A stretch of 15,655 bases of DNA, taken from the NCBI GenBank assembly GCA_043815885.1, contig JBDRIL010000033.1:1-15655 (forward strand), given 5' to 3'. Position numbers and translations under genes: made by a program. How positions within the stretch are numbered: the stretch's first letter is position 1; the number at the start of each line of letters is the position of its first letter. This DNA comes from an archaeon (GTDB taxonomy: Archaea > Iainarchaeota > Iainarchaeia > Iainarchaeales > 1-14-0-10-31-34). The notes below the pieces were generated by a model. The model had not been told where the DNA came from and searched no databases. It saw nothing but the letters and a program-made list of their open reading frames with translations. Shown one piece after another: positions 8,061 through 15,389 of this stretch.

Positions 8061-8552
8061 TTATTTTTTCTTCCTTTTTGGCTTTACTGTTTTTTTGTCC
8101 TGCATTAATTCCTTTGCCTGTTCAAGGGTAACGAATTCAAGGGGATTGATTGCATCAATGACATACTTTAATTCTTTAAGTTCTTCAGCTTTAGCAAAGG
8201 ATTCCTTCATTTTCTCCAAAGAAGTGTTTATGTCATTAATCATTGCACTGTTCTGGTTTATTTTTTCCTCAAGGGCATAGAGTGAATCCTTTAATTCCTG
8301 GACAGAGGGAAACTCTGTTCCCTCAGCAACTGAAACCCCTCCAGTATAAGCCCTTGATTCCAGGACCTTTAATTTCTTGTTCAGGATTATGAGGTTTCTT
8401 CCAAGGATTTTTTCATTCCTTACAACGTAATTCATTTTCTGGGAGAGCAACAAGACAGAGGAATTCAATGCACGAATATCTCTAATCATGTCCTGAATAG
8501 AGTAAGCCATTCCCTTTGTAGTAGTCTGTTTTGAATGTCTTTCATGGGGCAT
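8061..8552 (-). CDS. Coiled-coil protein with C-terminal LKYVIDAINPLEFVT motif and basic tail
   Basis: 163 aa with heptad periodicity; AGGTGA RBS upstream on the minus strand; convergent with the ATPase-like gene (2-nt gap). Confidence 0.8.
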   Translation of the reverse strand: MPHERHSKQTTTKGMAYSIQDMIRDIRALNSSVLLLSQKMNYVVRNEKILGRNLIILNKKLKVLESRAYTGGVSVAEGTEFPSVQELKDSLYALEEKINQNSAMINDINTSLEKMKESFAKAEELKELKYVIDAINPLEFVTLEQAKELMQDKKTVKPKRKKK

Positions 8553-8640
8553 TTGCTTTCACCTGAACTAATAGACAACAAAGTGATTAATAATTGTTTT
8601 TATTTAATATAAATATTTGGAAAAAAAGGATTGATTTTAA

Positions 8641-11073
8641 TTGAATAAAGCAAAAGGAATACTGCTTGATGCTGATTCTGTTACCGGAAAAGAAAATGAG
8701 AGCATTATAAGGCTGTATGTTAAGGGAGAAAAAGGCATAGAGATATTCGAGGAAAGGAGCTTCAAGCCTTACTTTTACGTCATAGTTGAAGATGTAAGAA
8801 AAGCGAAGAAAGAATTAATGGAAAGAGAGTTTGAGGGAAAGGAAGAAAAAATAAGGATATTGAATGCAGAGGAAGTAAAGAAAAAGAATGCAGAAAATGT
8901 ATTGAAGTTAAGCTTTAACAGCACGAATGAATTAAGTGAAGTGAGAGAGCAGGTAAAGGAAGTGGAAGGAGTAAAAGAGAGAAGAGAATACGATATTATT
9001 TTTGTAAAGAGATACCTGATTGACAAGGCATTAGAGCCAATGAATTACGTTGAGATTTCTTACAGAAAAGAAGGAAAAAAGAAGGTAGTGGAAAAAATCC
9101 AGAAGGGAAAGAAGGAAGCAGGAGAGGAATTCAAAACAGAAGCAATTGACTTGGAGACGTTTTCCCTTGAAAGGTTTTCTGATCCAAGAAAAGATGCAAT
9201 CCTGATGATTTCAATCGCCTCTCCAAAAGAATCGCTTGTGGTTACAACGAAAAAGGAATTAAAGGGAAGAAAAGGAGTAAAGATAGTAGGAAATGAGAAG
9301 GAAATGATTGAGGAATTAAAGGAGAACATAAAGGAAGAGGGAATAGAAATACTTGTCACTTACAATGGAGACACATTTGATTTGCCTTACCTGAAAGAAA
9401 GAAGCAGGATAATGAAAACAAGGTTTGATATCGGGATAGACGGAAGCGAGCCACAGATAAGAAGGAAAGGATTGAGCAATGCAACAAGAATCAAGGGAAT
9501 ACAGCACTTTGATGCCTATCAATTAATCAGGATTCTGTCAAGATTCGGGATAATTGATTTAGTGAAATATGATTTGGAGTCAGTGGTAGAGGCATTGTAC
9601 GGAGAAAAAAAGGAAAAAATTAAGGCAGAAGAAATAACCAAGATATGGGAGAGCGGAAAAGGATTGGAGAAGTTGGTTGAATACAATCGAGAGGATTCAG
9701 TCTTTACCCTGAAGATTGCAATGGATTATTTGCCTCTATTTATTGAATTAAGCAAGCTGGTTAAACAGACACTGTTTGAAGTGAACAGGATTGGAGCAAG
9801 CGGATTAGTTGAATCCCTGCTTATAGACAAGGGATTTGAAGAAGACACGCTTGTGCCAAATAAACCAAATGAAACAGAGGTAAAGAATAGAATGATGAAG
9901 ACCTTCAAGGGAGGTTATGTTAAGGAGCCTACGCCTGGACTGCATGAAGAGATTGCAGTGCTTGATTTCAGGAGCCTTCATCCATCCATAATGATCTCGC
10001 ATAATGTAAGCCCAGAGACATTGAATTGCGAGTGCTGCAGCAAGAGCAAAAAAAATATTGCTCCAACAAAGGATTATTTTTGCTCAAAGAAGTCAGGGTT
10101 TCTTCCGTCAGTGCAAAAGGAACTGCTTGAAAGAAGGAAAGAAATAAAGAAAGAATCAAAGAAGCTGGAGAGAAAGAGTGAAAAATATAAATTGCTTGAT
10201 GCAAGGCAGCATGCATTGAAAATAATACTTAATTCCTTTTACGGGTACTTAGGCTATCCAAGAAGCAGATGGTATTCAATTGAAAGCGCCAAGGCAGTTA
10301 CTGCTTGGAGCAGGCACTACATAAGGGAAACCATCAGAAAATCAGAAGAAGATGGCTTTAAAGCAATCTATTCTGATACTGATTCATGCTTTATAGTTAT
10401 CCCGAAAGAAAAAACTGCAAAGAATGTAAATGAATTCATAAAGAAGGTTAATGCTGAACTGCCTGGAGAAATGGAACTGGAATTAGAGGGAATCTATAAG
10501 AGAGGCATATTTGTAACAAAAAAAATTGGAGGAGCTGCAGCAAAAAAGAGGTATGCATTGATTGACGGGGAAGGAAACCTGAAGATAGTCGGATTTGAGT
10601 ATGTAAGAAGAGACTGGGCTGTAGTGGCAAAGGAGACACAGAAAAGGGTAATTGAATTAGTACTGAAAGAAGGAAAACCAGAGAAGGCAATAGAGGAAGT
10701 AAAAGAAAAGATAAAGAGGTTAAGGGAAGGAAAAACGCCAAAAAAAGAACTGGTTATTTATACGCAGATAAAAAAACCCTTAAGCCAGTATGAATCCATC
10801 GGTCCACATGTATCTGCAGCAAGAAAAGCAATAAAAAAAGGAAAGAATTTAGGAATAGGTTCAATTATCGGATACATTGTAACCAAGAGCGGCAAAAGCA
10901 TTTCAGATAAAGCAGAATTAGAGGAATTCGTAAAGGAAGGAAACTATGATGCGGATTACTATATCGAGCACCAGCTTGTACCGGCAGTAATAAAAATCAT
11001 CCAGGAATTAGGTTATGGAAAGGAAGATTTGATTCATGGAGGAAAGCAGGCAACACTGAATGCATTTAAATAG
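8641..11073 (+). CDS. polB: Family B DNA polymerase (archaeal PolB3-like) with 3'-5' exonuclease domain
   Basis: ExoI AIDLET, ExoII TYNGDTFDLPYL, ExoIII YNRED; motif A DFRSLHPSI, motif B QHALKIILNSFYGY, motif C YSDTDS, KKRYA, GFEYVRRDW. Confidence 0.97.
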   Translation: MNKAKGILLDADSVTGKENESIIRLYVKGEKGIEIFEERSFKPYFYVIVEDVRKAKKELMEREFEGKEEKIRILNAEEVKKKNAENVLKLSFNSTNELSEVREQVKEVEGVKERREYDIIFVKRYLIDKALEPMNYVEISYRKEGKKKVVEKIQKGKKEAGEEFKTEAIDLETFSLERFSDPRKDAILMISIASPKESLVVTTKKELKGRKGVKIVGNEKEMIEELKENIKEEGIEILVTYNGDTFDLPYLKERSRIMKTRFDIGIDGSEPQIRRKGLSNATRIKGIQHFDAYQLIRILSRFGIIDLVKYDLESVVEALYGEKKEKIKAEEITKIWESGKGLEKLVEYNREDSVFTLKIAMDYLPLFIELSKLVKQTLFEVNRIGASGLVESLLIDKGFEEDTLVPNKPNETEVKNRMMKTFKGGYVKEPTPGLHEEIAVLDFRSLHPSIMISHNVSPETLNCECCSKSKKNIAPTKDYFCSKKSGFLPSVQKELLERRKEIKKESKKLERKSEKYKLLDARQHALKIILNSFYGYLGYPRSRWYSIESAKAVTAWSRHYIRETIRKSEEDGFKAIYSDTDSCFIVIPKEKTAKNVNEFIKKVNAELPGEMELELEGIYKRGIFVTKKIGGAAAKKRYALIDGEGNLKIVGFEYVRRDWAVVAKETQKRVIELVLKEGKPEKAIEEVKEKIKRLREGKTPKKELVIYTQIKKPLSQYESIGPHVSAARKAIKKGKNLGIGSIIGYIVTKSGKSISDKAELEEFVKEGNYDADYYIEHQLVPAVIKIIQELGYGKEDLIHGGKQATLNAFK

Positions 11074-11096
11074 GTTTTTCTATGCAAAGGTTTTAA

Positions 11097-11996
11097 GTGA
11101 TTGAAATGAAGGAAAAGGAATTCAAGTCATATGTTAAGGCAGGAAAAGTGCTTAAAAGAATTCAGTCAAATGCAAAGACTTCAATCAAAGAAGGAATGAA
11201 GTTACTGGATATAGCGGAAAAAATCGAGAAGGAAATAATTGAGTTGGATGCAAAACCCGCTTTCCCCGCAAACCTTTCTCTGAATAATAATGCAGCGCAT
11301 TATACTCCTGCAAGTGATGATGAAACAGTAATAGGAGAAAAGGATGTGCTGAAAGTGGATATAGGGGTTCATGTGGATGGATTTATTGCTGATGCATCCA
11401 TTACAATTGATTTCTCCAATGAATGGGGGAAAATGGCGGAAGCAACAGAAAAGGCATTAGAGAATGCATTAAGCATGCTTAAAGTGGGAAGAAAATTAGG
11501 CGAAATCGGGACAGAGATAGAAAAAACAATTCGTTCTTATGGCTTTAATCCAGTGCAGAATTTAAGCGGCCATGGTTTAGCAGAATACCAAACCCATGCC
11601 TCTCCTTCCATTCCAAATATATCTAAAAGAGACGCGAGAACAATAGAAGAAGGAAAGGCATATGCAGTAGAGCCATTTGCAACCAATGGAAGCGGTTTTG
11701 TAAAAGAAGCGCCACAAACAGAGATATTTGAATTAAATGAAGTAAAACCAGTAAGGAACCTGGAAGCAAGAAAGATTTTAAGCAAAGTGGAAGAAGAATA
11801 CAATACCCTTCCATTTGCACAGAGATGGTTATTGAAGAGCTTTTCTCCAATCAATACAAAGATTGCCTTAAGGGAATTAATCCAAAGAGAATGTTTGAAG
11901 AGGTATCCATTGCTGAGAGAACAAAAGGAAATGATTGTAACACAGGCAGAAAATTCCTTTGTAGTGCACAACGAGGAAATAGTTGTATTAGTCTAA
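11097..11996 (+). CDS. map: Type II methionine aminopeptidase
   Basis: AFPANLSLNNNAAHYTP, KVDIGVHVDGFIAD, NLSGHGL, AVEPFAT, the type II helical insert (LPFAQRWL...YPLLRE) and the terminal E ligand. Confidence 0.96.
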   Translation: MIEMKEKEFKSYVKAGKVLKRIQSNAKTSIKEGMKLLDIAEKIEKEIIELDAKPAFPANLSLNNNAAHYTPASDDETVIGEKDVLKVDIGVHVDGFIADASITIDFSNEWGKMAEATEKALENALSMLKVGRKLGEIGTEIEKTIRSYGFNPVQNLSGHGLAEYQTHASPSIPNISKRDARTIEEGKAYAVEPFATNGSGFVKEAPQTEIFELNEVKPVRNLEARKILSKVEEEYNTLPFAQRWLLKSFSPINTKIALRELIQRECLKRYPLLREQKEMIVTQAENSFVVHNEEIVVLV

Positions 11997-12038
11997 TTAG
12001 ATTTTTAATTGTTTTCAATTAATACTTCATTGAGTAAG

Positions 12039-12515
12039 ATGACTAAAAGAGAAACCTACTTCAAAATAATCATTGTATTGCTGGCAGTAGGATTGATTGC
12101 AGTACTGATCCAAAACCAGATGATTATAGGAAAAATAACTGAATTAAATTTAAAAGGAAATGGAGAAACAGCAGGAAACGAAGAAACAAAGGAAACAAAT
12201 ACAGTGGAAAAAGAAACAGAGAAAGAAACCCCTTCTGGAGAAGAAATCCAAACAAACCCATTCCAAGAAGTAATAGACAAGCTGTTGCTTCACCCGGAAA
12301 TAGAGAACTACAATGGAAGAATGGCTATAATCACTCCTTTAAATGAAGAAAACCTTCCGGAATTAAAGGAAAAATATCCAAACATTTATTCTGATTCTAA
12401 AGCAGGAGACTATGTTTTTGAGTATTCGGATCTTCTTGTAGTGTATGACTACAAGAATGACTCAATAGTAAAGATATTCAATATACAAAACATCAATATA
12501 AGCGCAGAACAATAG
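12039..12515 (+). CDS. Single-pass membrane-anchored hypothetical protein (start probably ATG12039)
   Basis: N-terminal TM IIIVLLAVGLIAVLI, E/T-rich linker, globular C-terminal domain (YPNIYSDSKAGDYVFEYSDLLVVYDYKNDSIV). Confidence 0.75.
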   Translation: MTKRETYFKIIIVLLAVGLIAVLIQNQMIIGKITELNLKGNGETAGNEETKETNTVEKETEKETPSGEEIQTNPFQEVIDKLLLHPEIENYNGRMAIITPLNEENLPELKEKYPNIYSDSKAGDYVFEYSDLLVVYDYKNDSIVKIFNIQNINISAEQ

Positions 12516-12554
12516 ATTTAAATTCAATGAAGTCCTATAAAGTAATGGATTTCA

Positions 12555-13565
12555 ATGGACCTGGTTTTTTCAAGGAAAGACTTTGTATTTATTGCATTAA
12601 TTGCAATAAGTATAATTCTCTGGGGTTTTTTCCTTAATGCAAGCGGAATTTTACTGGAAGAAATACTTAAATTCGAAAACATTAAGGCCACAATTAATTC
12701 TCTGACAGCAATTCCATTCATCTTATTTGTTGTATTGTTTCCCTTAACAATAGCCCTTGCAACTGTTTTTTGTGAAATTGAAAAAGAAAAAAAGAAGTCA
12801 TTTATTGTTATTCCTGTTGGAGTGTTGATTGGATTAATTGTTTCAATGCTAGTATTCAGCAATTTAATGGGTTACTGGTTGGCGGGAATCTTTTACATTA
12901 TTTCATTTTTCCTTTTAATCGAAATGAGTTATACAAGGTTAGAGGAATTAAAGAAGTATGTCTCTATGAGGCTGTTAAGTGAATCCGTGAGAAGAACAGT
13001 ATTAATCACTGCAATCGGGTTGTTTATGCTTTCAGCATTAACTGTTTTAGAGAACAAGGAAGCATATGAAGAGAGTTTAGAGGGCGAAATGATTAGTTTT
13101 TCAATTGGAGAAGACACAAGAGATGACTTGGCTGAATTGAGTGCAAACATGATAATACAAAACTACAATCAAATACTGGATGAAATCATTTCAACGGAAT
13201 CCTTTCAGGCACTAAAGACCTCTCCTGACCCAAACGCAATAGCATTTGCATTAGGACTAGAAGAATCAAAACAAAGGATTAATTCCTCTGAATACAGAAG
13301 AGAAGCAATAAGAAAAGCAAATGACGCGCAGGAAGGCGCAATAACAGAGCAACAAATGGAAGAAATGCTTGAATCAATGAAAGACAAAATGCCATTATAC
13401 GGCTTAATGATGCAATTTCTATGGTTGATTTTAGGCTTTGCATTATTCTCTGTATTCCTGCTATTGGGAAACACTGTATTCATGGTTCTGGGAATAATTT
13501 ACGGATTAATCATCATAACAGTAACAAAAGGAATGGTAGAAGGTTCTCCAGCAAAAACAAACTAA
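12555..13565 (+). CDS. Multi-pass membrane protein with a large helical soluble loop
   Basis: About 5 N-terminal TM segments, an acidic helical region of about 110 aa, and a long C-terminal hydrophobic segment. Confidence 0.85.
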   Translation: MDLVFSRKDFVFIALIAISIILWGFFLNASGILLEEILKFENIKATINSLTAIPFILFVVLFPLTIALATVFCEIEKEKKKSFIVIPVGVLIGLIVSMLVFSNLMGYWLAGIFYIISFFLLIEMSYTRLEELKKYVSMRLLSESVRRTVLITAIGLFMLSALTVLENKEAYEESLEGEMISFSIGEDTRDDLAELSANMIIQNYNQILDEIISTESFQALKTSPDPNAIAFALGLEESKQRINSSEYRREAIRKANDAQEGAITEQQMEEMLESMKDKMPLYGLMMQFLWLILGFALFSVFLLLGNTVFMVLGIIYGLIIITVTKGMVEGSPAKTN

Positions 13566-13603
13566 TTAAAAATAATCTTTCTGATAATTCTTTATTCTTT
13601 TCC

Positions 13604-13676
13604 GGCCTCATAGTGTAATGGATTAGCACAAAGGCTTGCGGAGCCTTTAATCGGGGTTCAATTCCCCGTGGGGCCG
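13604..13676 (+). tRNA. tRNA-Arg (anticodon GCG), CCA not encoded
   Basis: Acceptor GGCCTCA/TGGGGCC, anticodon arm AAGGC-TTGCGGA-GCCTT, T arm CGGGG-TTCAATT-CCCCG, discriminator G. Confidence 0.95.
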
Positions 13677-13688
13677 TCGCCGAAAGGC

Positions 13689-13916
13689 TTTTTTTCGCCA
13701 GCCTTTTGGTAAAAAGCCGAAGGCGGTTTTCGCCGCCGTTTTTTCAAAAGGGCGTGCAGGAGTAGCGAAGTGGCCAAACGTGACAGCTTCAGGGGCTGTT
13801 GGCTTAGTGCCTTCGGGGGTTCGAATCCTCCCTCCTGCAATAACCTTTTGAAAAAAGGTTAATCAAAAAAGCAGGAGGCATCCTTGAGTTTTCGCAAACC
13901 TTTTTGTAAAAGGTTT
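13689..13916. repeat. Cluster of short palindromic repeats (CTTTT-nnn-AAAAG stems) around the tRNAs
   Basis: TAACCTTTT-GAA-AAAAGGTTA (13841-13861), AAACCTTTT-TGT-AAAAGGTTT (13896-13916), and degenerate copies GCCTTTT-GGT-AAAAAGC (13701-13717) and at about 13735-13754. Confidence 0.75.
13756..13839 (+). tRNA. tRNA-Leu (anticodon CAG) with long variable arm
   Basis: Acceptor GCAGGAG/CTCCTGC + A73, anticodon arm ACAGC-TTCAGGG-GCTGT, variable arm GGC-TTAGT-GCC, T arm GGGGG-TTCGAAT-CCTCC. Confidence 0.95.
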
Positions 13917-13922
13917 TTCGGG

Positions 13923-13937
13923 TCCTCCCTCCTGCAA
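13923..13937 (+). repeat. 15-bp duplicate of the tRNA-Leu 3' end (TCCTCCCTCCTGCAA)
   Basis: Identical to 13826-13840. Confidence 0.9.
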
Positions 13938-13967
13938 AACCGAAAATAATCGGTTTACGCTTACAGC

Positions 13968-14046
13968 GTCGGGGTATCTTTGATACCCCATAAACTGATT
14001 TATCAGTTTACACTATATTAGGGATATTTACAAGCAATACCCCGAC
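13968..14046. mobile_element. MITE-like 79-bp element with 10-bp terminal inverted repeats and internal hairpins
   Basis: GTCGGGGTAT (13968-13977) / ATACCCCGAC (14037-14046); internal GGGGTATC-TTT-GATACCCC and TAAACTGA-TTTA-TCAGTTTA. No target-site duplication seen. Confidence 0.35.
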
Positions 14047-14077
14047 ATAAAAAATAAAAAAAAGAAAAAGAAAGGAG

Positions 14078-14962
14078 TCAACTGTAAAGTTCTTGGACTC
14101 CTATAATGTCTCCAGCTTCAAGGGTTCTCTTGTTTGTTTCGCCTTCGTCTGCATAACCGTACATTGTTGCCTCTGAGCACTTTACATTGTAGAGGTCATC
14201 CATTCCAACACTGTGTCCGAGTTCGTGTGTAGCAATATTCTCGAAATCCATCTTGTTTGCATCTCCTGATGCAGACCAATCAAAGTCAACCTGGTCATAG
14301 ATTTGATCCCATTCAACTAATTCTCTCTGTGAAGGCTTTCCTCCAAATCTGCCCCACACTACAGTTATAGCGATAGCACCGTAATCATCCACGTCCCCAA
14401 AATAGACTTCGTTCTTGTTGTCTGGTTCTATTAGGTCTGCTTCAAGTTCTTCATTTGTACTTGAACCATTTCCAATAATGTCAACCCCTGCAGCTGTTTC
14501 CCACTTGTTGATGTCCAAAGCCAAATTAGTGAGTATAAATGAGGCATTTAATCCCTGAGTGTTTGATGTATTAACCACATAAGGTTCAATGGTTTTCCAT
14601 TTAGCGCCTCTTGCAAGAAACCCATAGCAATTGCTTCCCTCTTCTCCATTGTCTCCCCCGCAATCAGCAGGACAGCTCTTTGAATTCTCTGAAGGTTCAC
14701 AGAATCCATTACCACATTCAGTTCCAGGTTTGCCGAAACCTTTCTTGTACTGGATTATTGCATAGCCTTCAACTGTCTTTCCTTTGTGTACGGCTTTTCC
14801 AAGGTAAAATACTCCTGGAGAGACTTCCACTGCATTTGAAGGCAGGGAAACCTTTGCCTTTTCTTTAATCTCTTTTGGCACGTAGTCTGGTTTTACTGCC
14901 ACTGCAGAACTAACTGAAAAAACCAGCATTACAAATAAACCCAAAATTAGAAATTTCTTCAT
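14078..14962 (-). CDS. Secreted metzincin (matrixin/M10-like) metalloprotease with a Cys-rich CGNGxCE motif
   Basis: Signal peptide MKKFLILGLFVMLVFSVSSAVA; zinc motif HELGHSVGMDD; Met-turn ATMYG; CGNGFCEPSENSKSCPADC; GGTGA RBS upstream on the minus strand. Confidence 0.9.
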   Translation of the reverse strand: MKKFLILGLFVMLVFSVSSAVAVKPDYVPKEIKEKAKVSLPSNAVEVSPGVFYLGKAVHKGKTVEGYAIIQYKKGFGKPGTECGNGFCEPSENSKSCPADCGGDNGEEGSNCYGFLARGAKWKTIEPYVVNTSNTQGLNASFILTNLALDINKWETAAGVDIIGNGSSTNEELEADLIEPDNKNEVYFGDVDDYGAIAITVVWGRFGGKPSQRELVEWDQIYDQVDFDWSASGDANKMDFENIATHELGHSVGMDDLYNVKCSEATMYGYADEGETNKRTLEAGDIIGVQELYS

Positions 14963-15031
14963 TATTGAATCACCCCTATAAATTAATTGGATTGTCTACA
15001 ATTATAAAACTTTCTCCTGAACAAATATTTC

Positions 15032-15319
15032 ATGCCTCCAAAACCGCCACTGAAACCGCCTTTGCATGAAGCTCCGCCTAAATCACCTCATCCCCCGCCA
15101 CATAAACCGCCACATGAGCCTCCTCACGAGAGAAGAAAGAAATTTTTAGGGAAAAGAGTTATTTACAGCGTAGGAATTGGATTAATTGTGACATTTGTTT
15201 TAAGCCTGGTTTTATGGATATTTAATATCCCAATTAATGTAATTCTTCCTGTTGCGGCTCCAGTATGGGCTGGAACAACAACAATTGCTTACACTGCACT
15301 GGGAGACAAGTTTGAATAA
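15032..15319 (+). CDS. Small membrane protein with Pro/His-rich repetitive N-terminus and two TM helices
   Basis: MPPKPPLKPPLHEAPPKSPHPPPHKPPHEPPHE, then RRKK and two hydrophobic segments; TTATAAAA about 25 nt upstream suggests a leaderless transcript. Confidence 0.7.
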   Translation: MPPKPPLKPPLHEAPPKSPHPPPHKPPHEPPHERRKKFLGKRVIYSVGIGLIVTFVLSLVLWIFNIPINVILPVAAPVWAGTTTIAYTALGDKFE

Positions 15320-15389
15320 AACAAAACCTATTTAAAATAATTGAGACATTAATATCTATTGATTAACAATGAAAAGTGACTGTCTTCAT

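Noticed and set aside
10021..10083. CECC...FC cysteine cluster in PolB as a novel insertion or intein
   Set aside because: Cys residues after motif A are a familiar feature of archaeal PolB; the protein length (810 aa) is normal and there are no intein splice motifs.
11941..11964. Map C-terminal motif reads QAENS instead of the usual QxEHT
   Set aside because: The metal-binding Glu and the other ligands are retained; probably a tolerated variant.
1029..13618. Many antisense or alternate-frame ORFs (e.g. 2528-2947, 5169-5351, 5442-5828, 6145-6432, 7041-7673, 11537-11971, 13421-13618)
   Set aside because: They overlap well-supported genes; most have the Ser/Phe/Leu-rich composition expected from the reverse complement of purine-rich coding DNA, and none has a recognisable motif.
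13658..13840. 60-aa minus-strand ORF
   Set aside because: It is the antisense of tRNA-Leu and the end of tRNA-Arg.
13689..14046. CRISPR array
   Set aside because: The palindromes are not identical, not regularly spaced, and there are no cas genes.
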